Origin: Thermoanaerobaculia bacterium
Lineage (GTDB): Bacteria > Acidobacteriota > Thermoanaerobaculia > Multivoradales > Multivoraceae
Direction: 5' to 3'
Length of the DNA stretch: 64,000 bases
NCBI GenBank assembly: GCA_963666565.1
Contig: OY762911.1
Coordinates: 3,200,001-3,264,000 of the forward strand
Translations under genes and position numbers: made by a program
In this document: positions 57,301-64,000 of the stretch, piece after piece
Layout of the letters: each line of letters opens with the position of its first letter
Numbering within the stretch: position 1 is the first letter of the stretch
The notes under the pieces: generated by a model
Database searches by the model: none
Told to the model about the DNA's origin: nothing
What the model saw: the letters and a program-made list of their open reading frames with translations, nothing else

Positions 57301-57753
57301 GAGCGAGACCGCCGTGAAGCCGGCGGTCTGGTTGATCCCTCCGGGCAGGAGGCGGTCCAGCGGCAGGTCGTGCCGGAGTCCCGGACCGGCCCAGGCCTGC
57401 GCCAGATCGTCGGGATCGACGAGAACCAGCGTGCGCCCGCCTTCCCGGCTGGCGCGATCCAGTTCCTCGAACAGGCTCTGCCGGGCCTGCGCCGAGCCGA
57501 TAGGGACCGCCATGGCGCCCCGGACGCTCCCGGCCGCCCGTTCGGCGTCCGCCAGGAGATCGAGCAGCAGGTCTTGGTAGGCCGACTCCATCGCGGCCGT
57601 CTGTCCGCGCGTGGGGAGCGGCGGGTCGCCGCCGCCGTTTCGCGGCCAGCGATCGAACGCGAACAGGACGGCCGCGAGCGCGAACAGGCCGAAAACGACG
57701 CGGAGCTCGGCGGCGGCCCCGCCGCGCCGGTCCGCGGCCGCGGGGTCGGTCAT
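54268..57753 (-). CDS. Large multi-TM sensor histidine kinase (NtrY-like core)
   Basis: HAMP domain, AWAEMARLIAHEVKNPLTPI H-box, NLIENA, DRGPG, FEPYFST and GTGLGL motifs. Confidence 0.9.
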   Translation of the reverse strand: MTDPAAADRRGGAAAELRVVFGLFALAAVLFAFDRWPRNGGGDPPLPTRGQTAAMESAYQDLLLDLLADAERAAGSVRGAMAVPIGSAQARQSLFEELDRASREGGRTLVLVDPDDLAQAWAGPGLRHDLPLDRLLPGGINQTAGFTAVSLYAAVDMTAGEGGWRLIVGDSHPTDSLPFPAPAGLRRHGVRWSVRDHAAEPLTPALEALGIRELAPPDGVPGPWLRLRLEPAAGRLPGIGAALALAAAVLGAGLSLVWLFRRWSARSPARPRPAVAVPGLAAVAAAAGYGLFRWRIWTIEATGAPPDPGASFGGPLGDWAALLGCWTLLAGAAFWASGWRQGRDWMHVLLTAAAAAAGVGLLVEATNRPALRAALSEYARDGLDAPAPEDVAALARSTSSFLAATDLRELALGDPRELDDRQDLALELWRRSPLAASETLSALAVIGDGAISTFSYGLPVDPVTGGLDAGSARSPSGDLPGWRRQRSASGELPMSAAGRDWGTVRFWTAAAPRTGVWSDATSRSAAELEVRLLRGGPDRSRSGAEPPAGAKLAYVDGAGRPLVSPWQEDWTLPAPSEAVDPSRVMRVATPAGPALAWFAPTGQPGLWIAALLPEEPIADRLWRVAAVAARLMLAGLAAAFAVLLISLPTAKLRRRLLPDVRRYSVRLTAVLALIAIVPLTLLNGLLFRNLSNRVQAEQEAAGRTALVSLEYVLTDFLLGLEAGFSMDAQLDDELLAWLAEVVGHEVNLYWRGGVYASSKPDLFTAGLMPKRIPGNVYSRLALLGHRTAARVQTTQQGTSYLELYTPVSLGEVRPGESGLFVSVPLLAQQEAATRELAALRRQALVVTTALVLLLVTVGARLARGFTRPLVRMIDGTDRIAGGADSLGFEPEETELKTLGQAIDGMASRIASARADLVRAQRLEAWAEMARLIAHEVKNPLTPIRLSTEHLRQVWRDAPDRLEEVFERCTDNILAQVEELARTAGEFSTYSRIPLARPAAGNLGEAVREVVEGYASAAHGTVAVRFECGLDGEKAVLAFDRRMVQRALRNLIENAVRASAEDGEVRVRIEPGGKDGGLAVTVADRGPGVPESDLERIFEPYFSTSSGGTGLGLPIARRIVRQHGGSIAASLRPAGGLAVRIVLPAGQPAAPAAGSPASGASR

Positions 57754-58415
57754 GGGCCGGTCGCCGCCCGCACGGACCGGAGAATCCGCGCCGCCACCCG
57801 CTCGGCGTCCCCGGTCGAGGTGTCGATCGCCTGGTAGGTGTCGTCGCGCCGCAGGGGCGACGCGGTGCGGCGGATGTCCCGCTCGTCGCGGGCCCGCATC
57901 TCCCGCAGCAGCCGGTCGCGGTCGCCTCCGGCAACGTCGGCGAGCTGGCGCAACCGGCGTTCGACCCGCACCTCCAGCGGCGCCTCCAGGTAGAACTTGT
58001 ACGGGGTCTCGGGGAAGACGACGGTGCCGATGTCCCGCCCCTCGACCACCGCGCCCTCCCTGCGGGCGAACTCGCGCTGCTTCCCGACCAGCCAGGAGCG
58101 CACCGCCGGATGGACGGCCACCCGCGAGGTCGCGGCGTCGACGCTCGCGCTGCGAAGCCGGGCGCCGGGAACCATGCCGTCGACCGCCACGTCCGCCTCG
58201 TCCCGCCGCGGCCGCAGCTCGAAGCGAAGCCTCGCGATCAGTGCTCTCATCGCCGGCTCGTCGGCCGGGTCGAGCCCCTCCTCCAGCGCCTTCCAGGCCA
58301 CGGCGCGGTACATCGCGCCGGTGTCGAGGTAGGGCACGCCGAGCCCGGCCGCCACCCGCCGCGCCACCGTGCTCTTGCCGACGCCGGCCGGGCCGTCGAT
58401 CGCCACGACGATCAT
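57750..58415 (-). CDS. cmk: Cytidylate kinase
   Basis: AIDGPAGVGKST, LDTGAMYR and EGRDIGTVVFP motifs. Confidence 0.96.
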   Translation of the reverse strand: MIVVAIDGPAGVGKSTVARRVAAGLGVPYLDTGAMYRAVAWKALEEGLDPADEPAMRALIARLRFELRPRRDEADVAVDGMVPGARLRSASVDAATSRVAVHPAVRSWLVGKQREFARREGAVVEGRDIGTVVFPETPYKFYLEAPLEVRVERRLRQLADVAGGDRDRLLREMRARDERDIRRTASPLRRDDTYQAIDTSTGDAERVAARILRSVRAATGP

Positions 58416-59302
58416 CGGCGCCGCGGTTTCCGGCGCCCCGCGCCAGGCGTGCCAGCGCCCGGAGGACCCGCGGTCGACTTTCGCCGGGTCCGTGCGGATG
58501 CGTTCCGGCGCCGGGCGCCCTGGCCGGCCCTGCCCGCCGGCCGCGCCACGCCGGCGCGGAGCGCGGCCACTTCGGCGGCCGAGAGTTCCCGCCAGGCGCC
58601 GAGCGGAAGTCGGGCGTCCTGCAGGCCGCCGATCGCCACCCGGCGCAGCCTCTGCACGGGGTGCCCGACGCGGAAGAACATCTCGCGGATCTGACGGGTC
58701 CGGCCCTCGAACAGCTCCACCCGCCACCAGCTCGAAGCGCGCGCGGCGCGGGCGCCCCGGCGCGCCGGCGCCCGGCTCAGCTTCATCGGCGCTGTGCGCC
58801 GGCCCGCGATCGTCATGCGCCCCCGCAACCGCGCGATCGCCGTGTCGCCGGGGATGCCGCGCACCTTGACCAGGTACCGCTTGGGACAGCCGAACCGGGG
58901 GTGGGTCAGGCGGTAGGCCAGGTCGCCGTCGTCCGTCACCAGCAGCAGGCCCTCCGTGCCGTAGTCGAGCCGGCCGACCGGCTTGAGCCGGCTGCGCCAC
59001 TTCTCGGGCACGAGGTCCATCACGGTCGGGCGTCCCTCCGGGTCCGAGCGGGTGGTCACATAGCCGGGCGGCTTGTTCAGCAGGACGTACCGGGCCGCTG
59101 CGCTCCGGCGGATCGGTTCGCCGTCGACCAGGACCGTGGCGGGAGGATCGCCCGCCGGAGCGACCCGGTCGCCGAGCACGGCCACCCGCCCGTCGATCGT
59201 GACCCGCCCCTCCCGGATCAGCTCCTCGGCGCCGCGGCGCGAGGCGATCCCCGCGCGGGAGAGCACCTTCTGGAGCCGGTCGCCCCGCGGCCGCTCAGTC
59301 AT
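58412..59302 (-). CDS. rluB: RsuA/RluB family pseudouridine synthase
   Basis: RLQKVLSRAGIASRR, PVGRLD and EGRTRQIR motifs; follows scpAB. Confidence 0.85.
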   Translation of the reverse strand: MTERPRGDRLQKVLSRAGIASRRGAEELIREGRVTIDGRVAVLGDRVAPAGDPPATVLVDGEPIRRSAAARYVLLNKPPGYVTTRSDPEGRPTVMDLVPEKWRSRLKPVGRLDYGTEGLLLVTDDGDLAYRLTHPRFGCPKRYLVKVRGIPGDTAIARLRGRMTIAGRRTAPMKLSRAPARRGARAARASSWWRVELFEGRTRQIREMFFRVGHPVQRLRRVAIGGLQDARLPLGAWRELSAAEVAALRAGVARPAGRAGQGARRRNASARTRRKSTAGPPGAGTPGAGRRKPRRR

Positions 59303-59945
59303 CCCCCGGGTCCACGTTCCCCGCGTCCGCGTCCGTCGAGTCCGCGGGGCCCAGCGCGAGTGCCGGCTGCGGGGCCGCCTCGCCTTCGGCGGCGGCCAGG
59401 AAGGTCTCCTCGAACTCCTCCAGCGGCGGCAGTTCCGACAGCGACCGGAGTCCGAAGTGAAGCAGAAAGTCGCGGGTCGTGGCGTACAGGAACGGGCTGC
59501 CGACGACTTCCTTCCGGCCGGCGATCCGGATCAGCCGCCGTTCGAGCAGGGTCTTCAACACGCCGCCGGAGTGCCGGCCCCGGAGATCGTGGATCTCGGG
59601 GCTCGTCACCGGCTGCCGGTACGCGACGATGGCGAGGGTCTCCAGCGCCGCCATCGACAGCTTGCTGCGGCCGGCCACCTCGAAGTACTTCCGCAGGTAG
59701 GCGTGGAGGTCGGGGCGGGTGACCAGGCGGTAGGCGTCGCCGACCCGGTCGAGAACGACGCCGCGGTCCGGCTCGGTCCCGGACCCGTCGGCGCCGTAGC
59801 GGGCGAGGACGGTGCGAAGGGCTTCGCGGGCCTCGTCCCGGTACTCTTCGCCGAAGACGCCGAGCAGCTTCGCCTCGGGTTGCGGATCCGGGCTGGCGAA
59901 GAGCAGCGCCTCGAACACGGCGGCCATCTCGGACCGGTCGGTCAT
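59295..59945 (-). CDS. scpB: SMC-Scp complex subunit ScpB
   Basis: LSMAALETLAIVAYRQPVT, YATTRDFLLHFGL and ELPPL motifs. Confidence 0.95.
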   Translation of the reverse strand: MTDRSEMAAVFEALLFASPDPQPEAKLLGVFGEEYRDEAREALRTVLARYGADGSGTEPDRGVVLDRVGDAYRLVTRPDLHAYLRKYFEVAGRSKLSMAALETLAIVAYRQPVTSPEIHDLRGRHSGGVLKTLLERRLIRIAGRKEVVGSPFLYATTRDFLLHFGLRSLSELPPLEEFEETFLAAAEGEAAPQPALALGPADSTDADAGNVDPGDD

Positions 59946-60733
59946 TCCGCGAACTCCTCGAGCAGGATCGGATCCAGGGGGCGGGTGGTGCGGAAGAGCA
60001 GCACCGAGCCGGCTCCGGCGGCATGAAGCCGGACCAGGTTCAGGCGCGCCATCTCCAGCACCGCCAGGAAGCAGGCGATCGCCTCGGCCCGGCTCGACAG
60101 GGCGAACAGGTCGTCCTGGAGATCGAGCGACCGGCCGCCCTCGAAGCGGCGCAGCAGCCGCTCGATCTGGCCGCGGACGCTGAAGTTCTCGCCGCGGTAG
60201 ATCAGCGGGCTCGGGTTCTCTTCGTCGTAGCGCTTCATCACGTTGCGCAGGACCTGCAGGAGGTCGAAGAGGGACAGGTCCCCCATGTCGAACTCCTCGC
60301 CGTCTCCGGGCGCGGCCGCCGGCGTGGCGCTCCGGGACCAGAGGCCGTGGCGGAGGTCGTGGACCTCGGCCAGGGTCTGCGCCGCCTCCTTCAGCCGCTG
60401 GTACTCGAGCAGCCGCTCGATCAGCTCGCGCCGGGGATCCTCGGGCTCTTCGCCCGGCGCCGGTTCGGGCCGCGGCAGCAGCACCCTGGCCTTGAGCTGG
60501 ATCAACAGCGCCGCCTCGTAGATGTACTCCGCGGCGATGTCCAGGTCGAGTTCGTCCATCAGCGCCAGGTACTCGTGGAACTGGTCGCAGACCAGCGCGA
60601 CCGGGATGTCCACGATCTCGATCTCGTTGACGCGGACGAGCTGGAGGAGCAGGTCGAGCGGACCCTCGAAGGCCGGGAGCCGGACCTGCCACGACTCCGG
60701 CAACAGGCTGCCGCGACCGTCCACGAGCCTCAT
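59942..60733 (-). CDS. scpA: Segregation/condensation protein A
   Basis: FEGPLDLLL, KARVLLP, DPRRELIERLLEY and FLAVLEM motifs. Confidence 0.95.
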   Translation of the reverse strand: MRLVDGRGSLLPESWQVRLPAFEGPLDLLLQLVRVNEIEIVDIPVALVCDQFHEYLALMDELDLDIAAEYIYEAALLIQLKARVLLPRPEPAPGEEPEDPRRELIERLLEYQRLKEAAQTLAEVHDLRHGLWSRSATPAAAPGDGEEFDMGDLSLFDLLQVLRNVMKRYDEENPSPLIYRGENFSVRGQIERLLRRFEGGRSLDLQDDLFALSSRAEAIACFLAVLEMARLNLVRLHAAGAGSVLLFRTTRPLDPILLEEFAE

Positions 60734-61935
60734 CCGGGCCGATTCTCCCACATTGCCGGCAAGGGAACGCCGGCGTCGCCGACGGCCTCGAGCCAGGACC
60801 GGGCGGCGTGACGCGGGCGGTACCGCCGGTCGAGGCGGCGCCGCCCCGCCTCGCCGCGGGACCGCGCGTCGCCGGGATCGGCGGCCGCCTCGATCAGAGC
60901 CCCGGCGAGGGCGGCCGAGCGCTCCGGCGGCACGAGCCAGCCGGTTTCGCCGTCGACCACGACTTCCGGGATGCCGCTGACCGCGGAGGCGATCACTGGG
61001 ACGCCGGCGTCCATGGCCTCCAGCACGACGAGGGGCATGCCCTCGTAGGTCGAGGGGACCACCAGCGCGGCCGCCCGCCGCAGCAGGCTCGCCACCTCCG
61101 ACCGGGAGCACCGCCCCTTCCACCGGACGCTGGACGCCAGCCCGAGCCGCTCGCACAGTGCGCCGAGCGCCTCGCGCCGCTCGCCGTCGCCCGCCACGAC
61201 CAGCCGCGGGAGGCGGCCGCGGTCGCGGGCCTCGGCCATCGCGTGCAGGAGGATCTCCATCCCCTTGCGGATGCGCAGCCGGCCCACCCCCAGCAGGAAC
61301 GGTTCGTCGGCGGCGGGGGCTTCCGGGCCTTCGGCGCTCGCCGTCCGCGCCTCCCCGGCGCCGCCTTCGAGCGGAGCGCCGGTGACGTTCGGCACCACCC
61401 GCACGCCCTCCACGCCGTAGTCGCGCTCGATCTCCCGCGCCGTGGCCAGGCTCGGGGCCAGCCGCAGGTCGCACCGCCGTGCGGTCAGCCGCCCGAGCGC
61501 GATGTGGACCGGCGTGCGGAACGCGCGGAACACGCGTTCGCTGCCGACCGGCCGGGCCACCGCCCCGCCGTTCCGGTCGCCGTCGACCAGCGGACGGACG
61601 GCCCGGCGCTCCCGGACGTAGCTCACCTGCTGCAGGGCGGCCAGGAGGGGCCTGGACGAACGATCGGTCCGTGCCAGATCGCGCACCACGAGGCCGCCGT
61701 CGCTCTCGTGTACCTGCACCACGTCGGGCCGCCACTCGCGAACCGCGCGCCGGACGGCCGCACGGGCCCGCCACGGGAAGGCGGCCTTGGAGACCCCCGG
61801 CCCGCAGCGGTCGCGGCCCAGGACCTCGACCTCGCAGCCGGCCTGCCGGAGGCCCCAGGCGAGCTGCAGCACCTGCTCGCCGGCGCCGGAGAGGTCCCGC
61901 GGCGGCAGAACGTTGGCCACCAGGAGCACCCTCAC
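60730..61935 (-). CDS. Glycosyltransferase family 4 (GT-B)
   Basis: VGRLRIRKG, PSTYEGMPLVVLEAM and GIPEVVVDGETGWL motifs. Confidence 0.9.
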   Translation of the reverse strand: MRVLLVANVLPPRDLSGAGEQVLQLAWGLRQAGCEVEVLGRDRCGPGVSKAAFPWRARAAVRRAVREWRPDVVQVHESDGGLVVRDLARTDRSSRPLLAALQQVSYVRERRAVRPLVDGDRNGGAVARPVGSERVFRAFRTPVHIALGRLTARRCDLRLAPSLATAREIERDYGVEGVRVVPNVTGAPLEGGAGEARTASAEGPEAPAADEPFLLGVGRLRIRKGMEILLHAMAEARDRGRLPRLVVAGDGERREALGALCERLGLASSVRWKGRCSRSEVASLLRRAAALVVPSTYEGMPLVVLEAMDAGVPVIASAVSGIPEVVVDGETGWLVPPERSAALAGALIEAAADPGDARSRGEAGRRRLDRRYRPRHAARSWLEAVGDAGVPLPAMWENRPG

Positions 61936-64000
61936 GAGGTATCGCTTCCTTCCTCCGGGGCCGCGAGGCCGGGGATGCGCCGGCCCAACTGCCGCCGCAG
62001 GGCCCGGTTCTCCGGCGCCGCCAGCCGGTCGAGCAGGTCCGCCGCGTCCTGGCGGGCCGCGACCAGCCACTTCCAGTCGCGAGCCACGTCGCCGAACCGG
62101 AACCGGGGCACGCCGGCTTGGCGGGTGCCGAGGATCTCGCCCGGTCCCCGCTGCTTCAGGTCTTCCTCCGCGATCCGGAAGCCGTCCGTCGTGGCCGCGA
62201 ACGCCTCCAGGCGCCTCCGCGCTTCCGGCGACGGCTTGCCCGCGAGCGCGATGCAGAGCGGGTCCCCCAGCGCCGGATCCGTGCCGCGGCCGATCCGCCC
62301 CCGAAGCTGGTGCAACTGCGCCAGGCCGAAGCGCTCCGCGCCCAGGATCACCATCGCGGTCGCCTCGGGGACGTCGACGCCGACTTCGATCACGGTGGTC
62401 GCGAGCAGCGCCTGGATCGAGCCGGAGGCGAAGCGGCTCATGGTCTCGTCCCGTTCCCGGCGGTTCAGGCGGCCGTGCACGACGCCGCAGGGCGTGCCGA
62501 GCGCCCGCTCCCACTCCCGGCCGGCCTCCTCCAGCGACGGCAGGCCGGCGGCCGTGCCCTCGCCGCCGTCGATCAGGGGGAAGACGACGTAGGCGCGGCC
62601 GCCGCTCGCCAGCCGGCGCCGCACCTCCTCCACCGCCTCCTCCATCCGGCCGTCCGCCAGCACGCGGGTCTCGACCGGGCTGCGGCCGGGCGGCATCTCG
62701 TCCACGATCGACACGTCGAGATCACCGTACACCGTGAGCGCCAGCGACCTGGGAATCGGGGTCGCCGTCATGACCAGAAGGTCCGGCCGCAGGCCCTTCT
62801 CCGCCAGCGACTGGCGCTGGACGACGCCGAAGCGATGCTGCTCGTCGATCACGGCGAGGCCGAGCCGCGCGAACCGGGTGCGTTCCTCGATCAGCGCGTG
62901 GGTGCCTATCGTCAGGTCGATCCCGCCGTCCGCGATCCGCTCCGCGACCGCGCCGCCGTCGCTGGCCGCGCGCTGGCTCGAGGTGACGAGCGCGAGGGCG
63001 AGCCGGGAACCGAGCAGGCGCTCCAGCGAGGCGAAGTGCTGCTCGGCGAGGAGTTCCGTCGGCGCCATCAGCGCCGACTGGAGTCCGCTCCGGGCGGCGA
63101 TCAGGCAGGAGAGGGCCGCCAGGACCGTCTTGCCGCAGCCGACGTCGCCCTGGACGAGGCGCAGCATGGGCTCCGGCGCGGCCAGGTCGCCGGCTATCTC
63201 GCCGAGGACCCGTTCCTGCGCTCCGGTCAGGCGAAAGGGCAGGAGCTCCGCGGCCTCGCTCCACTCGTCGCCGCCGGCGCGGTAGCGGTGGGGCTTGCCC
63301 GACCGGCGGCGTCGGCGGCGGGCCGCGGCGAGCCGCAACTGCTGGAGCAGGAACTCCCCGTAGGCAAGGCGGGCATGGGCCGGGCTCCGCCTCGCGTTCA
63401 GGTTCTCGATCGACGCCTCGGCCGACGGCAGATGAACCTCGGTCAGGGCCTCCGCGAGGCGCGGAAGTCCGTGCCGCGCCCGTTCCTCGCGCGGGAGCCA
63501 CTCCTCGATCCAGTCCGGCCCCGAGGCGTCCCGCAGACTCCGGACGGCGTCGGCGGCGAGATGGGAGACACGGGACGGCGGCACCTCGCCGATGCGGCCG
63601 TAGACCGGCCGCACGCCGCCGCCGGCGACGGGGCCGTCGCCGTCGAACCGCTCGACGGACGGATTGGAGAGTTGCCAGGGGCCGTCTCCGCCGCGCCGCC
63701 GGAGCGAGCCGTGCAGCAGGTAGGGCACGCCCTCTTCGAGCTGGTTCGCCAGGTAGGGCCGGTTGAACCAGACGACCTCGACGCGGGCCTCGCCGTCGCG
63801 GGCGACCGCCTCCACGCGGGAGAAGCGCCGCCGCCCGAACAGCCGCTTCAGGTTCTCGAGCCGCGCGACCACGGTGAGGGCCCCGGGCGTCGCGGAGTCC
63901 GCCGTCCGCGCGGTCCTCGGCGCCGGGCAGCCGCCCCAGGGTGCGGCGGTCCTCGTAGCGCAGCGGCAGGTGCGCCAGCAGGTCCAGGATCCGCCGGCAG
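61932..64000 (-). CDS. recG: ATP-dependent DNA helicase RecG (5'-partial, apparent frameshift near 63900)
   Basis: QGDVGCGKT, APTELLAEQH, DEQHRFG, TATPIPR and QLHQLRGRIGRG motifs. The N-terminal DLLAHLPLRYEDR motif is in a different frame. Confidence 0.93.
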   Translation of the reverse strand, partial: AGGSWTCWRTCRCATRTAAPWGGCPAPRTARTADSATPGALTVVARLENLKRLFGRRRFSRVEAVARDGEARVEVVWFNRPYLANQLEEGVPYLLHGSLRRRGGDGPWQLSNPSVERFDGDGPVAGGGVRPVYGRIGEVPPSRVSHLAADAVRSLRDASGPDWIEEWLPREERARHGLPRLAEALTEVHLPSAEASIENLNARRSPAHARLAYGEFLLQQLRLAAARRRRRRSGKPHRYRAGGDEWSEAAELLPFRLTGAQERVLGEIAGDLAAPEPMLRLVQGDVGCGKTVLAALSCLIAARSGLQSALMAPTELLAEQHFASLERLLGSRLALALVTSSQRAASDGGAVAERIADGGIDLTIGTHALIEERTRFARLGLAVIDEQHRFGVVQRQSLAEKGLRPDLLVMTATPIPRSLALTVYGDLDVSIVDEMPPGRSPVETRVLADGRMEEAVEEVRRRLASGGRAYVVFPLIDGGEGTAAGLPSLEEAGREWERALGTPCGVVHGRLNRRERDETMSRFASGSIQALLATTVIEVGVDVPEATAMVILGAERFGLAQLHQLRGRIGRGTDPALGDPLCIALAGKPSPEARRRLEAFAATTDGFRIAEEDLKQRGPGEILGTRQAGVPRFRFGDVARDWKWLVAARQDAADLLDRLAAPENRALRRQLGRRIPGLAAPEEGSDTS

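Overview
This 64 kb window is very GC-rich (about 70%+ by eye, not computed) and comes from a diderm bacterium. Fused LptF/G, a large LptC/LptA-like protein and the gene order suggest Acidobacteriota, which is an inference. Most of it is housekeeping: tolQRA-like genes, etfBA, metK, the lptB-rpoN-ptsN-rapZ-HPr-ptsI cluster, recJ, priA, carD, purC, alr, dnaB, feoAB, cysS, def, lspA, rluD, cmk, scpAB, recG and five tRNAs. The main unexplained signals are these. (1) Two paralogous small genes directly upstream of feoAB encode double-glycine-leader peptides with identically spaced P-C-x4-C-x-C-x7-C-T-C-x2-H-x-H cores, a candidate exported metal-binding RiPP system. A collapsed NHLM-type peptidase exporter remnant lies about 7 kb away. 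(2) Both tRNA-Leu genes (CAA and TAA) are followed by 91/92-bp tandem arrays built from their own 3' part. The two arrays share a 16-nt hairpin that is partly antisense to the tRNA. (3) Tandem sigma-54 boxes abut the rpoN start. (4) There are two REP-like repeat families, widespread apparent leaderless starts, a probable CTG start for alr and a frameshift in recG. All calls come from reading the sequence; no database searches were run.
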